Positions 38,926 to 47,783 of a stretch of DNA of 64,000 nt are shown here, piece by piece (positions within the stretch are counted from its first letter, which is position 1; each line of letters starts with the position of its first letter). The position numbers were made by a program, and so were the translations under genes. The notes under the pieces are model-generated. The model was not told where the DNA came from and ran no database searches. It was given only the letters and a program-made list of their open reading frames with translations. Source of the DNA: Bdellovibrio sp. (GTDB taxonomy: Bacteria > Bdellovibrionota > Bdellovibrionia > Bdellovibrionales > Bdellovibrionaceae); assembly GCA_036677065.1 (NCBI GenBank), contig JAKFBS010000002.1:64001-128000 (forward strand). The letters are read 5' to 3'.

Positions 38926-39907
38926 ATTTTTTAATGGCCTCTTCTAAAGAGGTCCACACTTCAAGGCCGAGTTCTTCATGTGCTTTTGTTATAGCGGGTA
39001 CATACCGAGAGGGTTTAGCACCTGGTTTCGGTTGTTGATGCAGTTTGATTTTCACATCAGGGTTAATAACTTTTTGTACCGTTTGTGCAAGCTCAGTGAT
39101 TGTTAAGTCTTTATCTGATCCTACATTGTAAATGCCAAAGTTTGTGCCCTTATTTAAAATAGTTAATAACCAAACTACTAAGTCGTCAGCGTAAAGATAA
39201 GAGCGGTACGGAGTTCCATCTCCTTTAATTTCGATAGTGGCATTGTTTTGCGCATCTTTGATAAAGTTAGCTATGGCAAATAATCCGTTTTGATTTAGAT
39301 GTGGGCCAGTAAAAGCAAAGCAGCGGGCTATTTTAAATTCAAAATTATGAATACGAGCAGCTATACAGCCTTGCAGTTCTGCGTAGCGCTTAGCTTCGCC
39401 GTAAGCAGCATCCGCTGCCGATGGTGTCGGGGCGCCCATATATGATTCAGGGATATGGGTTAGCTCGGAAGGCTGTGGCCCATATACAGCTCCAGAGCTT
39501 GCGAACAGAAACTGTTTACATCCGCAGATTTTTGCAAAATCGAGAATGCGAGCCATGCCATCAGTAATAACTTTGGTCATAAGATCAGGTTTTTCGATAT
39601 TTAGTTTAGCATCAGCGGGGGTCGCGAAGTGCAAGATCGCATCGAATTTTCCGCTGGGAAAAGTAAAATTGGTGATATCACCTTTGAGATAACTAATGTT
39701 TTTATGTCTATATTTTGGATTTGAGTCTGTGAATGATTCAGGCGAGCGAGATAATACTGTAAGATGGATATTGTATGTATCTGAAAATTTTATAAATAGA
39801 TCCAAAAAGGATTTTCCAAAGAAACCAGTTCCGCCAGTCAAAAAAACTGTTTTATTTTTTAAAAACTCAAAGCTAGATTCAATAATTTTATCCATAATGA
39901 TTCCCAT
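38915..39907 (-). CDS. Extended SDR nucleotide-sugar epimerase/reductase
   Basis: GGTGFFG, SSGAVYG, YGEAK, GDGTPYRSYLYADD; start may be 39895. Confidence 0.88.
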   Translation of the reverse strand: MGIIMDKIIESSFEFLKNKTVFLTGGTGFFGKSFLDLFIKFSDTYNIHLTVLSRSPESFTDSNPKYRHKNISYLKGDITNFTFPSGKFDAILHFATPADAKLNIEKPDLMTKVITDGMARILDFAKICGCKQFLFASSGAVYGPQPSELTHIPESYMGAPTPSAADAAYGEAKRYAELQGCIAARIHNFEFKIARCFAFTGPHLNQNGLFAIANFIKDAQNNATIEIKGDGTPYRSYLYADDLVVWLLTILNKGTNFGIYNVGSDKDLTITELAQTVQKVINPDVKIKLHQQPKPGAKPSRYVPAITKAHEELGLEVWTSLEEAIKKSKI

Positions 39908-39925
39908 TGATAGAGTGGTAGCTAC

Positions 39926-40861
39926 TTACTCAAAATTAATGCGTTCTTTTTCTACCACAAGAGGTCTATTCATAACTTTGGTATAGATATTCCCAATATA
40001 TTCACCGACTACGCCTAAGAAAATGAGTTGAATACTGGAAAAAAAGAATAGTCCAATAACTAAAGGCGCGATTCCTATATTAAACTCGTCCCATTTTAGC
40101 AATTTATAGGTGAAATAAAAAATAAAACATAAAAAGCTAACAATAGCTAAAGCAAAGCCAGTTAAAACTGTTAACCTAAGTGGTTTTTTTGAATGACTTG
40201 TAATGCCGAGAATACCCATATCGTATAAGGTATAGAAATTATTTTTAGTGATACCTCTTTTTCGTACAGGTTGACTGTACGGTATAGTTTCGTACTTGAT
40301 GCCTATTTCAGAAATTAACCCTCTAAAAAATGGATATGGGTCATTAAGATCTTTTAAGTAGTCTATGACTGACTTGTCGTACAGGCCAAATCCGGTAAAG
40401 TTTTGTATAATTTCAATTTCTGCTAAAAAATTTAAGGTTTTGTAATATAATTTTCGCATAAAGAAAAATAGACTGGGTTCGTCGGAGTTGCTTTTTACGC
40501 CAACTACAATTTTAGCCCCATTATGATATTTTTCGATAAATTGCGGAATCAGCTCTGGCGGGTCTTGAAAGTCGGCAACCAGGAGCATGACAGCTTGATT
40601 TTTGGCCTGCAGGAGGCCGTGATGTGGAGATCGAATGTGGCCAAAATTTCTCGCGTTAAGAATGACTTTCACATTAGGGTTTTTGGCAGCCAAATTTTTC
40701 AAAATTTCAGCGGTAGAGTCAGTTGAGGCATTATCGATAAAGATGTGCTCGTACTCGCTCACATTGCTACATTTTTCAACAATACCTTTTACTTTTTCAT
40801 GTAAGTCGACAATATTATCTTCTTCATTGTAGCATGGAGTAACGATGCTTAAGCTGAACAT
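39926..40861 (-). CDS. GT2 polyprenol-phosphate glycosyltransferase, GtrB-like
   Basis: PCYNE, DNASTD, RNFG, ADFQDPP, FFRG, two C-terminal TMs, GEYIG...RP. Confidence 0.88.
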   Translation of the reverse strand: MFSLSIVTPCYNEEDNIVDLHEKVKGIVEKCSNVSEYEHIFIDNASTDSTAEILKNLAAKNPNVKVILNARNFGHIRSPHHGLLQAKNQAVMLLVADFQDPPELIPQFIEKYHNGAKIVVGVKSNSDEPSLFFFMRKLYYKTLNFLAEIEIIQNFTGFGLYDKSVIDYLKDLNDPYPFFRGLISEIGIKYETIPYSQPVRKRGITKNNFYTLYDMGILGITSHSKKPLRLTVLTGFALAIVSFLCFIFYFTYKLLKWDEFNIGIAPLVIGLFFFSSIQLIFLGVVGEYIGNIYTKVMNRPLVVEKERINFE

Positions 40862-40932
40862 TAATTACCTCGAAAATATTTTACAGTTAGTAAATATACT
40901 TACATGCGCTCATCAGGGGAGACAAGAGGATT

Positions 40933-42957
40933 ATGCTTAGGGCTCAAGTCATTAAGTTATGGAAAACGTTAATTGAATATGCTGAGAAGTCACCTTTGCA
41001 TTTTTTTTTCATATGTATTCTCATACAATATAGTCCAATTATTTTTTATAATAAAAAAATTGGCTGGGATACATTGGATGCATATTTTCCGAATTTTCTG
41101 TACATGGTCGATAGTTTTAAAGAATTTTCGATGCCATATTATAATTTATTTTCATTAGGCGGGATATCCTTCGCCGATAATTTTTTTTCAGGTCCATTGC
41201 TGAATCCTATCGACATTTTCTTGGCAATGGTGGCAACAAAATTACCACCATTATATATATTTCAGTTACAGTTTCCTATATTCGCTTTTATGAGTTCATG
41301 TTGGATATATAGATTTTTTCTGCGATTTAATCAAAACTCTATGTACTCTGTTTTAGGAGCACTTACCTTTCTGTACTGCACTCTGAATCCACTAGCTGGA
41401 CAGTCTTCATTTTTTTATGCATATGTGTTATTAGCATTTTTGCTAGATCCTTGCTACAGTCTGGTGAAAAGAAAAAATATTTTTCATTTCTTCTTCGCTT
41501 CTGTGCTTTTAGTTACTTTTTTGTTAAAAACATATTTCTTTTTTATTCCATTTATGTTGGTGCTGGCTACAGCAGCTCATTTCTATTTTTGCTATCTCCA
41601 AAAAAGTAAGTTTGAATTTAAGTTTGTTATTTGCTGTTTACTGGGGGGATTAGTCTATTTTGCACTTATGAAGTCGATAAATGCAGCTTACGTTCAAGCT
41701 ACTACGGATTTGTTAGGTGATTTTCTTTCTCCTGAGCCGCGTTTACGATCATTAATTCCTGAAAAAATTTATTACCCATCACGCTTAAGTATTTTGGCAG
41801 ATATGCTTGATAACCGTTTACTTCCTGGTGCGGCATGGAGTGTGATGACAATCAACTTGCTTATTTTGTTCTTAGCGCAGATTTGTTTGTTGCCTTTAAA
41901 CAAGGACAAAGTGAAGACTAAACTTCTAATCATGATTTTAATAACGTTAAGTCTACTTTCGGCTTACGGGCTATTCGGTGGGTTTTTCAGTAAAATTCCA
42001 TATATTAAATCTATGCGATGGGTTCATGCATATATTAACATAGCTGTACTATTGTATCTTGCGTTGATATTTATATTTCCTATTTCGCTGGATAAACTAA
42101 CTAGAGGCTTGAGATCAAAAATTAGTATTTTGTGGATAGTCGTTTATTTGGTCATGTTTGTGTATGCGGTAAAAAATCACAAGTATCATGAACTGCGCTG
42201 GAGTCTACTGTCGCTATTCGTATGTTATTTTTTTGTATACACAAAGAGGTTATTCGAGCCAGTTTTTTTGACTGTTCTTCTATTGTTTTCTTTTCGAATG
42301 GTCAAAAATTTTGAAAAAGGCGCGCCAGAGTATACGAAAATAGCTAATCGAAATTTACAAATTAAACTAGACCAAAACAATCGTCAGCCGGCAGAAGTCG
42401 GTGACTACAAATGGAATGATAGATCTTGGCTTTACGACAAGAAGGCTACGCTGAATGGCTATAATAATACAATACATCCGATATTTTGGTATTTAAAGGG
42501 AGAGGCTGAGGCATCTGAGATTGTAATTCCACTTTGCCCGAAAAAAAGTATTAAATTAAAGTCTCGTGATAAATACACAAAAAATGATAATGCGTATTTG
42601 GAGGAGCTTAAAGCCGATATTATTCAGTTGGTTCGCAAAAACAAGTGTTCTCGAAGTATTGAGAAATTTGAATTTACGCAAAATATGATGTCATTTACTG
42701 CGGCCAGTAAAGTCACATTAGTACTCCAAAATATTGACTCTTTTAGCCTCGCGAATCCTGATGGAGTTGTTGAGAAGAAAATGCCTGGCGGCATGAGTCT
42801 GCTATTTCATCAAAGCAATGCGGATTTAAAATTTAATTTTGATAAAGGCCGAATATTTAACTTTGCGATTTTTAATATGTTAGCGTTTCTTTTCATATTA
42901 TTGTATTTGATTGTTATAATACGTATGCAATTTTCAAAGATGCTGCCATTGAAATAG
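40933..42957 (+). CDS. Large polytopic membrane protein, putative GT-C (polyprenol-P-sugar-dependent) transferase
   Basis: WDTLDAYFP acidic loop after TM1, PYYN...GG, many TMs, C-terminal soluble domain; divergent from the gtrB-like gene. Confidence 0.6.
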   Translation: MLRAQVIKLWKTLIEYAEKSPLHFFFICILIQYSPIIFYNKKIGWDTLDAYFPNFLYMVDSFKEFSMPYYNLFSLGGISFADNFFSGPLLNPIDIFLAMVATKLPPLYIFQLQFPIFAFMSSCWIYRFFLRFNQNSMYSVLGALTFLYCTLNPLAGQSSFFYAYVLLAFLLDPCYSLVKRKNIFHFFFASVLLVTFLLKTYFFFIPFMLVLATAAHFYFCYLQKSKFEFKFVICCLLGGLVYFALMKSINAAYVQATTDLLGDFLSPEPRLRSLIPEKIYYPSRLSILADMLDNRLLPGAAWSVMTINLLILFLAQICLLPLNKDKVKTKLLIMILITLSLLSAYGLFGGFFSKIPYIKSMRWVHAYINIAVLLYLALIFIFPISLDKLTRGLRSKISILWIVVYLVMFVYAVKNHKYHELRWSLLSLFVCYFFVYTKRLFEPVFLTVLLLFSFRMVKNFEKGAPEYTKIANRNLQIKLDQNNRQPAEVGDYKWNDRSWLYDKKATLNGYNNTIHPIFWYLKGEAEASEIVIPLCPKKSIKLKSRDKYTKNDNAYLEELKADIIQLVRKNKCSRSIEKFEFTQNMMSFTAASKVTLVLQNIDSFSLANPDGVVEKKMPGGMSLLFHQSNADLKFNFDKGRIFNFAIFNMLAFLFILLYLIVIIRMQFSKMLPLK

Positions 42958-43275
42958 CGATTTTTAGCAATTGTGACAGTTATTGTATCAAACCTAGAAT
43001 TGATTCATATTCATCCTACGTTCTGCTAAAGTTACTGCAGTGTGCTGAGAAGGGTATTTAATTTAGCTTCACTTGCACCTTAGTTTTTAAATAATTGATC
43101 GCTTAAATTTTCAGTACGTTTAGATGAAAATTGACAAAAATGTTGAAGAAAAAGTCCTGACGAGTAGTATATAAAGCTAATATGAGGCCCCATATTAGCT
43201 AGAGTAGATAAACGACATGTTGATTTGTAAAATCAGCGCTTTATTGAGTATTAAAGTTCGCAAAGGAAAAAAGGC

Positions 43276-44073
43276 ATGAGTAATTTTGCACCTTCTAATT
43301 TACGTAAGACCGTGCTTGATATGGCCTATTATGGCGCGACGGTTCATGTCCCGTGCGCGTTTTCAATTATTGAAATGGTTTCAGTATTATACGGGAAAAC
43401 TCTAAATTTAGGGAAATCCTACGACGATCCAAGTCGTGACTTTATGGTTTTAAGTAAAGGCCACGGAGTCATGGCTTTGTATGCTTGTTTTAAAGAATTA
43501 GGCTGGTTGCAAGATAGTGATATTAAAAATTATTTTAAAGACGGCACCAAATTAAAAGGGTTATCTGATTGTCATGTACCAGGCCTAGAAGCCACATCAG
43601 GTTCGCTTGGCCATGGTTTATCAGTCGCCGTTGGTTTGGCGCTGGGATTAAAATTTAAAAAATCTTCGCAAAAAGTTTTTTGCATTGTTGGCGACGGCGA
43701 AAGCAATGAAGGTACCATTTGGGAAGCGTTGTTGTTTGCTAGTCATTGGCAATTAGATAATTTGGTGGTGATTTTTGACTGCAATGGCTACCAAGCTATG
43801 GGTCCTACAGATGAAGTTATGAACTTGCATTCGTTTGCCGCGAAAACTAAAGCTTTTAATTTTGAAACACTTGAAATTAATGGCCACAGCGAAAAAGAAC
43901 TTTCTGAAGCTTTTGAGACATTTGCAAAAAGCACATCAAAACAACCGAAGGCTTTAGTGGCTAACACGATTAAAGGTTACGGCGTTAGTTTTATGGAGAA
44001 AAACAATACCTGGCATTACACCAGACTTAGTAATGAGACCTATGCACAGGCATTGAAAGAGTTGGGGTATTAG
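43276..44073 (+). CDS. Split transketolase, N-terminal ThDP-binding subunit
   Basis: LSKGH, GSLGHG, GDGE..EG..WEA, TIKG.G, WH. Confidence 0.92.
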   Translation: MSNFAPSNLRKTVLDMAYYGATVHVPCAFSIIEMVSVLYGKTLNLGKSYDDPSRDFMVLSKGHGVMALYACFKELGWLQDSDIKNYFKDGTKLKGLSDCHVPGLEATSGSLGHGLSVAVGLALGLKFKKSSQKVFCIVGDGESNEGTIWEALLFASHWQLDNLVVIFDCNGYQAMGPTDEVMNLHSFAAKTKAFNFETLEINGHSEKELSEAFETFAKSTSKQPKALVANTIKGYGVSFMEKNNTWHYTRLSNETYAQALKELGY

Positions 44074-44077
44074 CCGC

Positions 44078-44986
44078 ATGAGAGAAATGTTTTCACACTG
44101 TATCGTGAATCAAGTTAAGGCCGATGCTAAGACGTATTTACTAAGCGGCGATCATGGCTATGCGTTGTTTGATTCTTTACGTAAAGAAAAACCAGATCAT
44201 TTTATTAACGCAGGTGTGGCCGAACAGAATATGGTTGGCGTTGCTGCAGGCCTGGCTAAATTAGGATTTTATCCTATTATTTATGGGTTAAGTGCATTCG
44301 TTCCGGTGCGTGTCTTGGAGCAAATTAAAATTGATTTTTGTTATGAAGAGCTTTCAGGATTGTTTATTGGCGATGGCGCTGGTTTAGTTTACAGTCACTT
44401 AGGAACTTCACACCAATCTACAGAGGATATTTCAAGTTTACGTGCGGTACCGCATATTCAAATTTATTCTCCGTCAGATAAATTCGAACTTGAATACTGT
44501 TTTAATATGGCGATACAAACTAAAAAAACTATTTACTTGCGCATGGGTAAAGCTGATGTGGGTACGGTTCATCAAAAAACTCTGCAAACTGCAGATTTTT
44601 CTTGGAATATGGGGCCTCTTTCTGTGCTTAAAAATACTGAAGCAAAGACCGCTTATTTTGCTACTGGATCGATGGTTAAAACTGCGCAAATGTTAGCTGA
44701 AGCCAAAGGTTATAAAGTCGATATTTACAGTGTGCCGTTTATCAAACCTTTTGATAATACGAAGTACGCTGAACTTTTAGGGCGCTATGAGCACGTGGTC
44801 AGTTTTGAAGAGCATTCTATTTATGGTGGTCTTGGTGATTGTTTAGCAGCAGTAATTGCGAATTTACCAAAAACCTCACTTAAAAAAATTGGTATCGAAG
44901 ATAAGTTTTCTAATAAATGCGGAACTTATGATTATCTGATGGCCGAGCATGGTTTAGATTTAAAAACATTGATTGAGCGGTTGTAG
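44078..44986 (+). CDS. Split transketolase, C-terminal pyrimidine-binding subunit
   Basis: GVAEQNM, EQIK.D, GTSHQ, YLRMG, EEH...GG. Confidence 0.92.
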   Translation: MREMFSHCIVNQVKADAKTYLLSGDHGYALFDSLRKEKPDHFINAGVAEQNMVGVAAGLAKLGFYPIIYGLSAFVPVRVLEQIKIDFCYEELSGLFIGDGAGLVYSHLGTSHQSTEDISSLRAVPHIQIYSPSDKFELEYCFNMAIQTKKTIYLRMGKADVGTVHQKTLQTADFSWNMGPLSVLKNTEAKTAYFATGSMVKTAQMLAEAKGYKVDIYSVPFIKPFDNTKYAELLGRYEHVVSFEEHSIYGGLGDCLAAVIANLPKTSLKKIGIEDKFSNKCGTYDYLMAEHGLDLKTLIERL

Positions 44987-44991
44987 CACAA

Positions 44992-45987
44992 ATGAAAAAA
45001 GCGTGTTTAGTCGTTCATCTTGTTTATCAAAAAAACGAAATTTTTAAACCAGACAGCCGCTTAAATCGCGATAACTGTTTGGCGTTTTTTCATGAGCTTA
45101 AAACTGCTTTTGCAGCAAAAGGTTATGATTTACAAACAGATGACATGATATCAACTGAATCAGCTGATGTAGTTATTTACAATGAAATGCCAAAATACAC
45201 TTCAACAGTAGATAAAAACAAATCAGCAGTGTTGTTGTTTGAAAGTGAGCTTATTCGCCCTGATAACTGGGATTTGAATAATCATAAAAAATTTAAATAT
45301 ATTTTTACCTGGAACGATGATTTTGTAGATCATAAAAAATATATTAAGTTTAATTTTACCGATTCTAGTCCGGTTAAGTTAAAAACTTTTAAAGAAAAGC
45401 AAAAACTTTGCGTTTTAGTTTCTGGTAATAAATATGTTAGTCATCCAAAAGAGCTTTACTCAAAACGTATCGAGGCTATTCGGTGGTTTGAAAGAAATCA
45501 TCCGAACGATTTAGATTTGTATGGGATGGGATGGGATTTATACACGTTTAAAATCCCGTTATTTTCGCGCGTACTTAATAAGCTGACAAGGCTGCGTAAA
45601 GCATTAGGTGCAAAGTGGGTATTGTATAAGGGCGCAGTGGATTCAAAAGCAGATCTTATGCAAAATTATAAATTTTCTATCTGCTATGAGAATGCGTCTG
45701 GCATTTCTGGTTATATAACTGAAAAAATATTTGATTCAATGGCTGCGGGTTGCATTCCGGTTTACTGGGGGGCGCCAAACATTAAACAGTATGTGCCTGA
45801 GTTGTGCTTCATCGATAAGACTCAATTTAAAACTTACGATGAATTGTATCAGTACTTGATGGATATGACAGAGACTGAGTATACCCAGCGACAGCAAGCT
45901 ATCTCGCAGTATCTCAAAAGTGAACAACATCGTTTGTTCGAACCAGCTTATAATGCGGCCGTGATTGCAGAAAATTTAGTAAACTAA
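44992..45987 (+). CDS. GT10 (alpha-1,3/4-fucosyltransferase-like) glycosyltransferase
   Basis: YKFSICYEN...GYITEKIFD...GCIPVYWG signature. Confidence 0.88.
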   Translation: MKKACLVVHLVYQKNEIFKPDSRLNRDNCLAFFHELKTAFAAKGYDLQTDDMISTESADVVIYNEMPKYTSTVDKNKSAVLLFESELIRPDNWDLNNHKKFKYIFTWNDDFVDHKKYIKFNFTDSSPVKLKTFKEKQKLCVLVSGNKYVSHPKELYSKRIEAIRWFERNHPNDLDLYGMGWDLYTFKIPLFSRVLNKLTRLRKALGAKWVLYKGAVDSKADLMQNYKFSICYENASGISGYITEKIFDSMAAGCIPVYWGAPNIKQYVPELCFIDKTQFKTYDELYQYLMDMTETEYTQRQQAISQYLKSEQHRLFEPAYNAAVIAENLVN

Positions 45988-46778
45988 AAGCCGATAGCCA
46001 TTTTAATTTTTTTAGCTACTTTTTTGGCAAAGTAAAACGCCACATAGGCCGCAAGATGTGGGCTGGTTTTTAAGAAGAAAAGTGAAAGTTTAGCAATATG
46101 ATTTAAATCTACCACAGCCGAGTCGTTTTCGCCGTGTAGGCGAGTGTACATATATGGTTTAGCTAGCCAGAAAAAAGGTCCTTTTTTTACTAACTTAAGT
46201 AAAAACGAAACGTCTGAATGCCTGCCGCCATCTTTAGGATCAAGTTGTGAGTCGCCGATCGCAGATGTTTTGTAAATATAAGAAGGAAACGCTGTGTGAC
46301 TTAAGCGTTTAAAAACATAACGTTTAATCAAGTGGCTCTGCGAACGAATCACTAAGTTTTCTGTAATGTAAGGGCTAAGTAGTAAATCGGTTTTAACTGT
46401 TGTTTTGATAACAGTAGCATTGCAAGCAACAGCGATACAGCTTGGGTTAAGTTCAAACTGGTGCATCATCTGGGTTATAGCCTGTGGCATTAGAATATCA
46501 TCGTCATGAAAAAGCATGGCATAATCATAGCTTTGTACTTCTTTAAGAATGGTATTGAAATGCTGAAGCGAGGGCAGGCTTGGAGATCTTTTGATTATTT
46601 TTATGTTTTTGTAACTTGGCTGTGTTTCTAGTAAACGCATGACTTTATCATTTGTGCTATTTTCAGAGATGATGAGGTCAAAATCTTTGTAGTCTTGCAC
46701 CAAAATAGAATCAAGTGCTTCGCCGATGTATTCAGGTCGATTGTAGCTTAGTAAATAGATAACCAGTTTTTTTTGCAT
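45984..46778 (-). CDS. GT2 glycosyltransferase
   Basis: SYNRP, ENS, FHDDD DxD motif, RLH. Confidence 0.88.
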   Translation of the reverse strand: MQKKLVIYLLSYNRPEYIGEALDSILVQDYKDFDLIISENSTNDKVMRLLETQPSYKNIKIIKRSPSLPSLQHFNTILKEVQSYDYAMLFHDDDILMPQAITQMMHQFELNPSCIAVACNATVIKTTVKTDLLLSPYITENLVIRSQSHLIKRYVFKRLSHTAFPSYIYKTSAIGDSQLDPKDGGRHSDVSFLLKLVKKGPFFWLAKPYMYTRLHGENDSAVVDLNHIAKLSLFFLKTSPHLAAYVAFYFAKKVAKKIKMAIGF

Positions 46779-46786
46779 GATTTTAA

Positions 46787-47728
46787 TTACATCTTACTTT
46801 TCATCAGTCTTACAAGGTCATTTAATGAATTCGGTGGATACTTTAAAATTTCTAAGTTTGTTTGTGAGGTGTAGCCACAGTTTGGCGCTATTAGATTCAA
46901 CTTATAGTGTGCAGCTTCATATAAGGGTAAATATAATGATTCATAAAGGCTAGTCGCCACAAAAGTCTCAGATTCAAGGAGCAGTGTCGCTAATTCTATA
47001 CGAGTGATTTTGTATTTTACTGTTAGCGTAATGTTTTTAAGATTAACCGGCGCAAACGTCCCATCGACAGCGGCATCTAAAATAATAACCACGTTGATAT
47101 GCTGCTTTAAATCTTGATCTAAGGCTTTCAAAGCATCGACAAATAACGATAGTCTTTTGTGATTCGAAAAGCTGCTAATCGTAATAAATTTATTTTTTTT
47201 CTCGCCTGCGCGTACTTCGGGAAATTTTGGCAAGATCAGATGAATCTTAGCCGGAATCTTCGGAAACACTTTTTCGCAGATTTGTTTCATCCAGGGTGTT
47301 TGCACCCAGATTTCATCCACATTTTTTGCAAATGTTCGTAAGATCCATTTTTCTATGGTTAGGCGTAAAGTCTGTTTTAACGAATCTTTCGGAAGCGGAA
47401 CTTCGCCAGTTAAATAGCAGTTTTGCAAATATAAAAAAGACTTCAAGCTTGTGCGTTTAAATGGGGGCAGATTGCCAAAGAACAGAACTGAAGAATTTTT
47501 TAGATTCAGCTTTTTGATTAAACTATGCAATTGCAGCTCGGCCATTAGTCTACACCAAATAGTTGGGCGAACCCTGGTGACCACGACCGATTCAGGAAGG
47601 CTAATTGGCAGAGGGTAGCGCTCATCAATAAATAGGGCTTCAAGGGGGGCGAAGTGCGATTCGGTCAGAATCGCATCAAGTAATACTTTGCCTCCGCCTG
47701 TATGCAGATTTATTGCGTATATAATCAT
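46787..47728 (-). CDS. GT-B (GT4-like) glycosyltransferase
   Basis: Start moved to MIIYAINLHTGGG; VQT, HKR, SLYESLYLPLYEA. Confidence 0.8.
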   Translation of the reverse strand: MIIYAINLHTGGGKVLLDAILTESHFAPLEALFIDERYPLPISLPESVVVTRVRPTIWCRLMAELQLHSLIKKLNLKNSSVLFFGNLPPFKRTSLKSFLYLQNCYLTGEVPLPKDSLKQTLRLTIEKWILRTFAKNVDEIWVQTPWMKQICEKVFPKIPAKIHLILPKFPEVRAGEKKNKFITISSFSNHKRLSLFVDALKALDQDLKQHINVVIILDAAVDGTFAPVNLKNITLTVKYKITRIELATLLLESETFVATSLYESLYLPLYEAAHYKLNLIAPNCGYTSQTNLEILKYPPNSLNDLVRLMKSKM

Positions 47729-47783
47729 TCTATGAAAATATATTAATAGTTTAAATAATGGAATATTTAATAAGGGCGAATTT

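Noticed and set aside
43154..43215. Hammerhead ribozyme (CTGACGA followed by a stem)
   Set aside because: No correctly placed GAAA after stem II (the sequence reads GATAAAC), and no stems I or III
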